Source: a virus (taxonomy: Duplodnaviria; Caudoviricetes). From it: DNA of 32,669 nt. A model generated the notes under the pieces. The model was not told the origin of the DNA and did no database searches. It worked only from the letters and a program-made list of their open reading frames with translations. Below are positions 24,522 to 32,669 of the stretch, one piece after another. The translations under genes were made by a program, and so were the position numbers. Every line of letters starts with the position of its first letter. Positions within the stretch are counted from its first letter, which is position 1. The stretch is from IMG/VR virus record IMGVR_UViG_3300027769_000091, positions 1 through 32,669 of that record, one strand, 5' to 3'.

Positions 24522-24743
24522 ATGGCCAGCAGGATCACGATAGACATCGCTGACGACGGCGCCGCCGCGGTCACGATGGAGATGGACGGCGCAGAGCCGC
24601 AGATGATGAATTTCCCGAGCGCTGCAGAGGCGCTCGACGCTGTCGGGCAGATGCTCGAGGGCACAGAATCGCCGGACGCAATGTGGCAGCAAGAGGCCGC
24701 AGCGCGCGAGGCACCGATGTCAACTGATGAGGAGATGATGTAA
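24522..24743 (+). CDS. Small acidic hypothetical protein
   Basis: CAGGAG SD; first gene of the rightward packaging operon. Confidence 0.7.
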   Translation: MASRITIDIADDGAAAVTMEMDGAEPQMMNFPSAAEALDAVGQMLEGTESPDAMWQQEAAAREAPMSTDEEMM

Positions 24744-24934
24744 TGGACGCATATCGCGCACGCAAGGGCGGCCCAGTGGGCAGCAATCAGGAGCAGGGAA
24801 AAGGTGAGATACCGAGCAAGGTGTCGGTGCCGATGCCTGGCACGAACGCCACGCAAAAGGCCTACAAGAAAACAGGCGGTTCGGTCAAAGCCCCCGCCGG
24901 CTTCGCTGGTGGCGTAATCCCCGGCAAGATTTGA
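24743..24934 (+). CDS. Small basic hypothetical protein
   Basis: TAATG coupling to the previous gene; GAGGAG upstream. Confidence 0.65.
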   Translation: MDAYRARKGGPVGSNQEQGKGEIPSKVSVPMPGTNATQKAYKKTGGSVKAPAGFAGGVIPGKI

Positions 24935-24935
24935 C

Positions 24936-25439
24936 ATGCCGAAGCACAACACTCGGGCGTCGCAGCTGCGCCGCCCTGAAACCGACGACGATGGCGCGCC
25001 GCTACTCGCGACCACGGCGTCTTTTGACATGCCTGCGCCTACTGGTCGCAGGCTGCCGAAAAACGCCAAGGGCGTAGTTGAGGGCCGCGGCATCGCAGGT
25101 CAGCAGGCCAACCGCAGCGGAACGATCAATCTGAAATCCGTCGCCCAGGCTTGCATCGACGAAGGCCTAGACCCTGCTGCTGAGATCGCGCGTGTGCTGC
25201 GCACACAGGTGCCTGCTCGCGACAGATCAGGGGCGGTGATAGTGGGCGAGGACGGCAAGCCGGTGATGATCGATCTGATCGATCCCGACACGAAAGTGCG
25301 CACTCTCACCGAGCTGCTGCAGTACAACCAACCCAAACTGAAAGCCATTGAAATGAAAATCAGCGGCACGCTTGAGATGAGCAGCGAGGAGATCGACGCC
25401 AGGCTCACTGCGCTTTTGGCGAAAGCGGTCTCAAAGTGA
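24936..25439 (+). CDS. Putative terminase small subunit
   Basis: Directly upstream of and overlapping TerL; ELLQYNQPKLKAIE pattern; size fits. Confidence 0.6.
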   Translation: MPKHNTRASQLRRPETDDDGAPLLATTASFDMPAPTGRRLPKNAKGVVEGRGIAGQQANRSGTINLKSVAQACIDEGLDPAAEIARVLRTQVPARDRSGAVIVGEDGKPVMIDLIDPDTKVRTLTELLQYNQPKLKAIEMKISGTLEMSSEEIDARLTALLAKAVSK

Positions 25440-26896
25440 CCGCGCAGCAGCAGCCCATAAACTTCTCGGCTCTCAGCCTGGATGAGCGGCGGGAAGTGTA
25501 TGACCTGCTGCGCGAGAAAGATTTGCGCGCAAAGCGCAATCGCCTGTCAGCTTATAAACCGTACGGTAAACAACTTGAATTTCATGCAGCCGCCACGCAG
25601 TATCGAGAGCGGCTCTTCATGGCCGCGAACCAAAGCGGCAAAACGTATTCCGGCGCGTACGAAGTAGCGATGCACGCCACCGGCCGGTATCCGGCGTGGT
25701 GGACCGGCAAACGCTTCCCGCGCGCCACCCGATGGATGATCGGTTCAGAGTCCGCCGAGCTCACGCGCAAAGGTCAGCAGCGTCTGCTGATCGGCCCGCC
25801 CGAGCTGCGCGACGAGTGGGGCACCGGCGCCATCCCGCACGACTGCCTCAAAGACACGAGCATGCGCCAGGGTGTCGCTGATGCGGTGGCCAGCTGCATC
25901 GTGCGGCACGTCAGCGGCGAAGACTCCGTGATCCAGTTCAACTCCTACGACCAGGGTCGCACCAAATGGCAGGCTGACACAGTCGACGGCGTGTGGATGG
26001 ACGAAGAGCCGCCGATGTCGATTTACAGCGAGGCGCTGACCCGCACCAACGCAACTCTGGGCATGGTTTTCGTGACGTTCACGCCGCTCATGGGCATGTC
26101 CGATGTAGTGCGCAGGTTCCTTTTGGACAAGCCTGACGGCACGACAGTGATCAGCATGACCGTCCACGATGTGGAGCACTACACCCCCGAAGAGCGTGAG
26201 CGGATCATCGCCAGTTACCCTGAACACGAGCGCGATGCGCGTACCAAGGGCATCCCGTCGATGGGCTCCGGCAGGGTCTTTCCGCTCGCCGATGAGGCGG
26301 TGGCCATTCAGCCGTTCGCGATACCCGCCCACTGGCCCCGAATCGTCGGCATCGACTTCGGCATCGATCACCCCACGGCAGCGGTCTGGCTGGCATGGGA
26401 CCGCGACACCGACACGCTCTACGTCACCGACACCTACCGAGTCAAAGACAACGCGATCGTGCAGCACGCGGCTTCAGTGCGCACCCGCGGCAATTGGATT
26501 CCCGTTGCCTGGCCGCATGACGGCCTGCAGCGTGACAAGGGTTCAGGCCAGCAGCTGGCTGCGCAGTACAAGGCCCAGGGATTGGCAATGCTGAAAGACC
26601 GCGCCACTTTTGAGGATGGCAGCAACGGCCTGGAGGCAGGGGTCGCACAGATGCTGGAACGAATGCAGACCCGCCGTCTGAGGGTGTTCAGTCATCTCAG
26701 CGAATGGTTCGAGGAGTTCCGCCTGTACCATCGCAAGGACGGCTTGATTGTTACGAAAGTTGATGACCTTATGGCGGCTACGCGATACGGTATGATGATG
26801 CGCAGGCACGCGAAGACGGCAGCCGAAGTGCAGCCACGCGGTTACACAGCGCCGGTCATCCCTTTCGGCGTATTTGACGAAGTGGCGGGGTACTGA
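25436..26896 (+). CDS. terL: Terminase large subunit (P22-like)
   Basis: QLEFH, Walker A AANQSGKT, Walker B VWMDEEP, TFTPLMG, nuclease motifs GIDFG..HPTA and DDLMAATRY. Confidence 0.95.
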   Translation: MTAQQQPINFSALSLDERREVYDLLREKDLRAKRNRLSAYKPYGKQLEFHAAATQYRERLFMAANQSGKTYSGAYEVAMHATGRYPAWWTGKRFPRATRWMIGSESAELTRKGQQRLLIGPPELRDEWGTGAIPHDCLKDTSMRQGVADAVASCIVRHVSGEDSVIQFNSYDQGRTKWQADTVDGVWMDEEPPMSIYSEALTRTNATLGMVFVTFTPLMGMSDVVRRFLLDKPDGTTVISMTVHDVEHYTPEERERIIASYPEHERDARTKGIPSMGSGRVFPLADEAVAIQPFAIPAHWPRIVGIDFGIDHPTAAVWLAWDRDTDTLYVTDTYRVKDNAIVQHAASVRTRGNWIPVAWPHDGLQRDKGSGQQLAAQYKAQGLAMLKDRATFEDGSNGLEAGVAQMLERMQTRRLRVFSHLSEWFEEFRLYHRKDGLIVTKVDDLMAATRYGMMMRRHAKTAAEVQPRGYTAPVIPFGVFDEVAGY

Positions 26897-29061
26897 TGAG
26901 CATGGAAAACGAACTCAGCAAATTAAGCATTTTCGGCATGGCCCTCGGTCGCCAGCGTGACACCTGGATCCGCGCCCGTGCTGCGGCTGGCGTTGACAAG
27001 CGGTGGCTTGAAGACGAGGACCAGTACAACAGCAAGGACAACGTCAACCGCGCCGCGTCGCAGATGATGACCAGCGTTGAACAGGGCTACCCGGTCACGA
27101 CGCAGCACGCCAAGCCGCACCGGTCGACGGTCTACATCGGTCTCACACGGCAGAAGACGAACGCCGCAGAGGCTCGGATTGCTGACATCCTGCTGCCGAC
27201 GGACGACCGCAACTGGGGCATCAAACCTACCCCCGAGCCGTCAATCAGCGAGCTCGTGTCGGACAACGGCCAGGCGATCAACCCCGCCACTGGAGAGCAG
27301 GTCACCGACCAGCAAGGGAACCCGGTCACGATGAAGGCTGTCGCGCGGGCGATCATGGCCGACGCCAGACAGAAAGCGAAGGCGATGCAGACCACGATCG
27401 ATGACCAGCTTATTGAGTCCGACTACAACGCCGAGCTGCGGGCTGTCATCCACGATGCCGCCAAGTGGGGCACCGGCATCCTGAAGGGTCCTGTCGTTAT
27501 GAACCGCTCGCGGAAGGCCTGGAAGAAACTGGAGACCGGCGAGCAGGCGATGGTGTTCATTGAGGAAAAGGCTCCTGTCAGCTTCCGAGTCGACCCTCGA
27601 AACGTCTACCCTGATCCCGGCTGCGGGTCCAACATTCAGAACGGGAAAGGCATCTACGAACGCGACGAGCTGACAGCCAAGCGCGTGCGCGAGCTGGCCA
27701 AGCAGAAGGGCTACATGGAGGATCAACTGCGGAAGGTCCTTGAAGAAGGCCCCAAGCGTAGCCGAGCGTTGCAAGAGATTCGCGACGAAGAGCTTACCGA
27801 CATCGCCGAAGACCTGTTTGAGAAGTGGGAATACACCGGCGAGGTAGACTACGACGACCTGGCCGCTGCCGGAGTTGAACTGGGCGAGAAAGACCAGCTG
27901 CGGACGGTCAGCGCGACCGTAGTGATGATCAACGACACCGTCGTTCGGGCGTTTATCAATCCTCTTGAAGACGGCTCTTTGCCGTTTGACGCGTTCATCT
28001 GGGAGAAGGCCGGCAACACGGTCTGGGGCTACGGCGTGCCGTACCTTATGCGCGCCCAGCAGCGAGTCCTGAACGCCGCCTGGCGGCAGATGATGGACAA
28101 TGCAGGCGTCACCAGCGGTCCCCAGATTGTCGTCAAGCCTGGGGTAATCCAGCCGGCAGACAAGCAGTGGCAGCTGTCGGCCCGCAAGATATGGTACGCA
28201 ACAGACGACGTTGACGACGTGCGGAAGGCGTTCACCTCGTTTGAGTTCAACAGTCACCAAGGCGAGCTGGCAAGTATCATTGAGATGGCGATGCAGCTTG
28301 CCGACGCAGAGACCGGCGTCCCGACCCTGATGCAGGGCGAGCAGGGCACAGCCCCTGACACCGTCGGCGGTATGCAGATGCTTATGACCTCCGCGAATGT
28401 CGTCCTGAAGCGACTGGTCAAGCAGTTTGACGATTTGGTGACAAAGCCACACATCCGTCGTTACTACGACTGGAACATGCTCTACAACGACGACGAGTCG
28501 ATCAAGGGCGACTTCAGCGTTGACGCCCGCGGCAGCTCAACGCTGGTCGTCCGCGACATCCAGAACCAGGCATTCCTGCAGTTGCTGGCGGCCGGTGCAA
28601 ATCCTCTCTACGGCAAGTACCTGGATCCGAAGAAGTTGTTCGAGCGCGCGCTGCAGGCGCAGCACGTTGACCCGGCAGAGGTGTTCAAGTCCGACGAAGA
28701 GATTGAGGAGATCCTTGAAGCAGAGCGGCAGGCCGCGCAGCAGGGTCAGACTGAAGATCCTCGCGTCGTCGCCGCCAAGATCCGCGCCCAGACTGACGTG
28801 CAGCGCGTCCAGGCGCAGAACGAAGGCGACATGATGGAACTACAGACCCGCCTGCAGATTGCGCAGGAGGGCATCCGTGCGAGGCGTGAAGAGCGGCAGC
28901 AGATGATTGAGCTGGAGATGCTGAAGCTGGCCAACGCGCAGAACCTGTCCCTGGAACAGATCAAAGCGCGCCTGGGTGAGACCGCGATCAAGGAGCGCAG
29001 CAAGCAGAACCTGTTCGCCGCTGAGCGGCGCCTGAAGATGCAGATGGGCAGCGGTATATGA
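26896..29061 (+). CDS. Portal protein
   Basis: 721 aa, coupled to TerL; GTGILKG, RVDPRNVYPDP, WGYGVP, ETGVP..MQG and a long coiled-coil C-terminus as in P22/N4-type portals. Confidence 0.85.
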   Translation: MSMENELSKLSIFGMALGRQRDTWIRARAAAGVDKRWLEDEDQYNSKDNVNRAASQMMTSVEQGYPVTTQHAKPHRSTVYIGLTRQKTNAAEARIADILLPTDDRNWGIKPTPEPSISELVSDNGQAINPATGEQVTDQQGNPVTMKAVARAIMADARQKAKAMQTTIDDQLIESDYNAELRAVIHDAAKWGTGILKGPVVMNRSRKAWKKLETGEQAMVFIEEKAPVSFRVDPRNVYPDPGCGSNIQNGKGIYERDELTAKRVRELAKQKGYMEDQLRKVLEEGPKRSRALQEIRDEELTDIAEDLFEKWEYTGEVDYDDLAAAGVELGEKDQLRTVSATVVMINDTVVRAFINPLEDGSLPFDAFIWEKAGNTVWGYGVPYLMRAQQRVLNAAWRQMMDNAGVTSGPQIVVKPGVIQPADKQWQLSARKIWYATDDVDDVRKAFTSFEFNSHQGELASIIEMAMQLADAETGVPTLMQGEQGTAPDTVGGMQMLMTSANVVLKRLVKQFDDLVTKPHIRRYYDWNMLYNDDESIKGDFSVDARGSSTLVVRDIQNQAFLQLLAAGANPLYGKYLDPKKLFERALQAQHVDPAEVFKSDEEIEEILEAERQAAQQGQTEDPRVVAAKIRAQTDVQRVQAQNEGDMMELQTRLQIAQEGIRARREERQQMIELEMLKLANAQNLSLEQIKARLGETAIKERSKQNLFAAERRLKMQMGSGI

Positions 29062-29309
29062 GCAAGGGTCTGATCGCCAAAGAGATGAAGTGCAACGCTC
29101 CTCGAGCCACCCCTGACCACCCGAAAAAGAGCCACGTCGTTAAAGCCTGCGCGGATGGGAAAGAGAAGATCATCCGCTTCGGCCAAAAGGGCGTGAAGGG
29201 ATCCCCGGAAGGCTCGGCCAGGAACAAAGCGTTTAAGGCGAGACACGCCAAGAATATCGCCAAGGGCAAGATGAGCGCAGCTTTCTGGGCGGACAAGGTG
29301 AAGTGGTGA
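29058..29309 (+). CDS. Small basic conserved phage protein
   Basis: KSHVVKA..GKEKIIRFGQKG...AFKARH...SAAFWADKVKW; ATGA overlap with the portal gene. Confidence 0.75.
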   Translation: MSKGLIAKEMKCNAPRATPDHPKKSHVVKACADGKEKIIRFGQKGVKGSPEGSARNKAFKARHAKNIAKGKMSAAFWADKVKW

Positions 29310-29479
29310 TGAAAGGGCTATACGCGAACATCCACGCCAAGCGTGAACGAATCAAAGCCGGATCGGGTGAAAGAATGCGCGAGCCAGGCAGCAAAGGGGC
29401 GCCGACCAATGAGTCCTTCAAGGCGGCAGCCAAAACCACCCGTAACGGGCTGATCAGCAAAGCAATGAGGAACAAGTAA
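29309..29479 (+). CDS. Small basic conserved phage protein (56 aa; not in the ORF track)
   Basis: Hand translation: MKGLYANIHAKRERIKAGSGERMREPGSKGAPTNESFKAAAKTTRNGLISKAMRNK. TGATG and TAATG overlaps at the two ends. Confidence 0.75.
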   Translation: MKGLYANIHAKRERIKAGSGERMREPGSKGAPTNESFKAAAKTTRNGLISKAMRNK

Positions 29480-29835
29480 TGGCAACAGTACAGTTTTCGA
29501 GCACCCGCGAAGGTGCAATCGTGGTGACGTGGGCAGCGATGGCCGGCACAGACAACGGCTCGCCGTTTCGAGTTCCGTCCTCGGCGGATCTGACGTTCCA
29601 GGTGGCCGGCACGTTTGGCGGAGCAACCTGCACGCTGCAGGGGTCCAACGACGGCACAAATTGGCACACGTTGACAGCAAAGAGCGGGACATCCGGCATG
29701 GCGTACACCTCCGCGGCGGTCCACTCATGCAACGAAACGCCCCTGTTCGTTCGCCCAAACATCACCGGCGGCACGGGCAGCAGCATCACAGTTACTTTGG
29801 CTGTATTCCCACGATACGCCAAAACGGGGTACTGA
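29479..29835 (+). CDS. Hypothetical beta-rich (possibly virion) protein
   Basis: Gly/Thr-rich; QVAGTFGGATCTLQGSNDGTNW. Confidence 0.7.
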   Translation: MATVQFSSTREGAIVVTWAAMAGTDNGSPFRVPSSADLTFQVAGTFGGATCTLQGSNDGTNWHTLTAKSGTSGMAYTSAAVHSCNETPLFVRPNITGGTGSSITVTLAVFPRYAKTGY

Positions 29836-29837
29836 GC

Positions 29838-30203
29838 ATGAAACACACGGGGATGATGGTCGCGATGCTGTTCCTGGCCCGCGACCTGACGCACAGGCAG
29901 CACTTACGGACCACGTCCTACGCCGAGCACATGGCGCTGGCAGGGTTCTACGAGGGGGTGATCCCTCTCGTCGACGGTTTCGTCGAGGCTTACCAGGGGC
30001 GGTTCAACGAGCTACTTGACATCCCCCTCGGGGACAACGACTTCGAGGGCGAGATCGCCGACGTGCTGGAGCAGCAGATGTCTTGGATCGAGGACAACCG
30101 GGAAAAGGTCTGCCCCCGGAAAGAGACTGCTTTGAACAACGCTTTGGACGAGATCGTGACCCTGTATCAGAGCACGCTCTACAAGCTCCGGTTCTTGGCT
30201 TGA
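29838..30203 (+). CDS. Ferritin-like four-helix protein (DUF5856-like)
   Basis: Start ATG 29838; THRQHLRTTSYAEHMAL..FYE...D.FVEAYQG...LNNALDEI......LYKLRFL. Confidence 0.75.
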   Translation: MKHTGMMVAMLFLARDLTHRQHLRTTSYAEHMALAGFYEGVIPLVDGFVEAYQGRFNELLDIPLGDNDFEGEIADVLEQQMSWIEDNREKVCPRKETALNNALDEIVTLYQSTLYKLRFLA

Positions 30204-30263
30204 CCCCCTGCTAGGGCTTCCCTAGCATTGGTGACAGATATTAAAACATGATTGGCGATAGAC

Positions 30264-30470
30264 ATGATCAATCTACAACCGGGTGAGTGGGCCAAAGTGG
30301 AAGCATGGGCCCGCGGAGAGCTTGAAGCCGCCCGAGTTAAAAATGATTCGATCAGCCTGTCGCCAGAGGAGACCGCCGCCTATCGAGGTGAGATACGGGT
30401 CCTCAAAAGAATACTTGACTTGCCCAACCGGGTGACTCGAGAAGTGGAGGCTCCGCCGACGTTATTCTGA
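30264..30470 (+). CDS. Small hypothetical protein preceding the scaffold gene
   Basis: 68 aa helical ORF (TAAYRGEIRVLKRILDL); start uncertain (30252 or 30264). Confidence 0.65.
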   Translation: MINLQPGEWAKVEAWARGELEAARVKNDSISLSPEETAAYRGEIRVLKRILDLPNRVTREVEAPPTLF

Positions 30471-30533
30471 CATCGCCGGGCTTGGTAAGAGGTGGGCACA
30501 GAACCACCCTTGACAAAATGACGGAGAGACGAA

Positions 30534-31367
30534 GTGGCAGACAATGATTTGTTGAGCGCTGAAGACGCGCAGAAAGTGTGGGACGAGGAAGCAAACAGCA
30601 CGGACCCGGTAGCGCCGGCTCCTGAACCGCAACCTGAACCACAGCCAGAGACGCCAGCAGACCCTTTTGAAGGGCTGCCGCAAGCGGTCAGGTCAAAACT
30701 GGCAGAAATCGACGAACTCAAAAGAGCCAACGAGGATCTTCGACATCACGTCAAAACAACTGAGGGTCGGGTAGCTGCCTGGCAGCGCGAGCGGGAACAA
30801 ATGAAACAGCAAGCCGCTGTTTCCACGCCTACCGCTGGCGAAGTGACCAAAGCAGCAAGCGATTCTGAGAAGTGGAAAGAGCTCAAACAGGATTTTCCTG
30901 AATGGGCTGAAGCGATGGAAGAGTACGTCTCCGCCAAGGTTGGCTCGAGCGCTCAAGGGGTTCCAACCGATCAGCTTAATCAGCTGCTTGAGGAAAGAAC
31001 CACTCAGATGCGAGCCGAGAACCAGGAGGCTTTGGAGTACGCCAAGCTGGAAATGCGCCACCCGGAGTGGAAGGACGAGGTCAACAACGAGAAGTTTATC
31101 GCTTGGGCCAATTCCCAACCCCAGAACGTGTATTCCCTGCTGAACAGCCCCAAAGCGTCTGACGCTATCAAGATGCTTGATTTGTACGAAGCAGCCAAGA
31201 AAGCGCCGTCGGTTCAAAACCAACGCAAGGCCACTCTCGAAAGCGCACTCTCGACCAAACCCGGTGTGTCACGGCCCTCGAAAACAGTCGAGAGCATGAC
31301 CCAAGAAGAACTTTGGAAATATGAAGCCAGGCAGCTCGAAAAACGAAAAGAGCAGCGTGGCTTTTGA
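30534..31367 (+). CDS. Putative capsid scaffolding protein
   Basis: Acidic, Pro-rich N-terminus and coiled coils; lies immediately upstream of the major capsid gene. Confidence 0.65.
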   Translation: MADNDLLSAEDAQKVWDEEANSTDPVAPAPEPQPEPQPETPADPFEGLPQAVRSKLAEIDELKRANEDLRHHVKTTEGRVAAWQREREQMKQQAAVSTPTAGEVTKAASDSEKWKELKQDFPEWAEAMEEYVSAKVGSSAQGVPTDQLNQLLEERTTQMRAENQEALEYAKLEMRHPEWKDEVNNEKFIAWANSQPQNVYSLLNSPKASDAIKMLDLYEAAKKAPSVQNQRKATLESALSTKPGVSRPSKTVESMTQEELWKYEARQLEKRKEQRGF

Positions 31368-31392
31368 AACTTAACTACAGGAGCCTTGCCCA

Positions 31393-32451
31393 ATGGCAAT
31401 TCAAAACTACGGTACAGTCGCGTCGCGTAACCTTATCCGCGCCGCTCAAGGTATGCTCGACCACGCACAGCCGATCACCGTCCTCGGTGATTTCGGTACT
31501 CAGCGTGAAATGCCCCAGAACAGCACTGACACGCTGGTCTTCCGCCGCACTCTGCCCTTCGGTGCAGTAGCCGCTGGCACCACGATTGAAGGCAGCCAGC
31601 GCTACGCCGGCACGCCGAACATCGTCGCCAGCAACTTCGTGCTGTCCGAAGGCGTAACGCCCAACAGCAACACCATCAGCTTCCAGGACGTGACCGTCCA
31701 GCTGCAGCAGTACGGTATCCTCTTCAAGTACAGCTCAAAAGTTGAGCAGCTGTACGAAGACGACATCCCCGGTGAGATGATCAAGCTGACCGGCGAAACT
31801 ATGGCTGAAGTCATGGAAATGGTCCGCTACGGCGTGCTGAAAGCTGGCTCGACGGTGATCTACGCCAACGGCACTACCCGTGCAGGCCTGAACACCGCCA
31901 TCAGCCTGAACGCTATCCGCAAGGCAGCGCGTACTCTCGAGAGCAACCGCTCCCGCCGAGTGACCAGCCGCCTGGCGCCTGGCGTCAACTTCGGCACTCG
32001 CGCCGTGCAGCCGTCTTTCATCGTGTTCTGTCACACTGACGCGGTGTCCGACGTGCGCAATCTGCCGGGCTTCACCCGTGTGGAAGAGTACGGCAGCTTC
32101 AAACCTATCCACGATCGCGAGATTGGCGCCTGCGAAGATTTCCGATTCATCAGCTCCCCGCTGCTGCAGTCGTTCCTCGCCGCCGGTTCCGGCACCCTGA
32201 ACGGCATGCTGTCGCTTGGCGCTGCCAACGTCGACGTGTACCCGTTCCTGGTGATCGGTGAAGATGCTTGGGGCCAAGTCGCTCTGAAGGGCATGTCGGC
32301 CATCAAGCCGGTCGTCCTGAAGGCTTCCCAGACCAACCACGCCAACCCGCTGGGCCAGTTCGGCTATGTGGGCGCTTCGACCTGGTTCGCCACCGTTCGT
32401 TTGAACGACGCGTGGATGGCCCGCATCGAAACTGGTGTGACCGCACTGTAA
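31393..32451 (+). CDS. Major capsid protein (N4-gp56 family)
   Basis: MPQNSTDTLVFRR, LSEGVTP, LQQYG, CHTD, EIGACEDFRF, DVYP..VIGEDAW and NPLGQFGYVG...LNDAWMARIE; AGGAG SD. Confidence 0.93.
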   Translation: MAIQNYGTVASRNLIRAAQGMLDHAQPITVLGDFGTQREMPQNSTDTLVFRRTLPFGAVAAGTTIEGSQRYAGTPNIVASNFVLSEGVTPNSNTISFQDVTVQLQQYGILFKYSSKVEQLYEDDIPGEMIKLTGETMAEVMEMVRYGVLKAGSTVIYANGTTRAGLNTAISLNAIRKAARTLESNRSRRVTSRLAPGVNFGTRAVQPSFIVFCHTDAVSDVRNLPGFTRVEEYGSFKPIHDREIGACEDFRFISSPLLQSFLAAGSGTLNGMLSLGAANVDVYPFLVIGEDAWGQVALKGMSAIKPVVLKASQTNHANPLGQFGYVGASTWFATVRLNDAWMARIETGVTAL

Positions 32452-32457
32452 CCTACT

Positions 32458-32485
32458 GAGCGCCTTTTCGGAGGCGCTCTGTTTT
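32458..32485 (+). terminator. Intrinsic terminator after the major capsid gene
   Basis: GAGCGCCTT-TTCG-GAGGCGCTC followed by TGTTTT. Confidence 0.7.
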
Positions 32486-32504
32486 GATTTGAGGAGATCA
32501 CACC

Positions 32505-32669
32505 ATGAGTGAAAGCATACAACAACGCATGCCTAAAGTGCCGGACATTCTTACTTCGCGTGAGATTCAACCGCTGCTCGCCGCTATGCAAGTCGACATC
32601 GCTGCGTTGGCCACGTCGTTGAATCAGTTGCGAACTGACTACAACGCCGCGACTACGCCGACCACCGCT
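32505..32669 (+). CDS. Hypothetical (head-associated?) protein, 3'-truncated
   Basis: GAGGAG SD; ATG 32505 (MSESIQQRMP...); open to the end of the window. Confidence 0.65.
   Translation, partial: MSESIQQRMPKVPDILTSREIQPLLAAMQVDIAALATSLNQLRTDYNAATTPTTA

Noticed and set aside
24724-24730. CTGATGA on the plus strand
   Set aside because: It lies within coding sequence (TDE) and has no supporting stems.
26893-26910. CTGATGAGCATGGAAAAC on the plus strand as a minimal hammerhead
   Set aside because: It is the TerL stop/portal start overlap. Stem II cannot close with a G-C pair before GAAA, and no stems I or III were found.
30621-30650. Short tandem repeat encoding PEPQPEPQPE
   Set aside because: Ordinary low-complexity linker in a scaffold-like protein.

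Overview
About 33 kb of a GC-rich, tailed (podovirus-like) bacteriophage genome. From left to right: (i) the 3' part (>=3300 aa, open to the window edge) of a giant polyvalent virion/injection-type protein, whose domains are separated by a recurring FSRxQ linker; (ii) a leftward replication operon (AlpA-like HTH, family A DNA polymerase, SutA-like protein, DUF2815 SSB, DUF2800 nuclease and small ORFs); (iii) a rightward primase-helicase, an AT-rich origin-like region, VRR-NUC and an SNF2 helicase; (iv) a leftward cluster of small early-type genes including DUF932; (v) a rightward packaging/head module (terminase, portal, scaffold, N4-gp56-type major capsid). The most striking unannotated signal is in cluster (iv). 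Four intact hammerhead ribozymes (three type II, one type III) lie on the coding strand at gene boundaries, so the transcript should cut itself into gene-sized RNAs. Two of these RNAs have identical half-ribozyme ends that could re-ligate into circles. A structurally conserved SD-sequestering hairpin with compensatory changes precedes seven leftward genes. Protein family calls come from motif recognition by eye, not from database searches. No integrase, tRNA or CRISPR array was seen.
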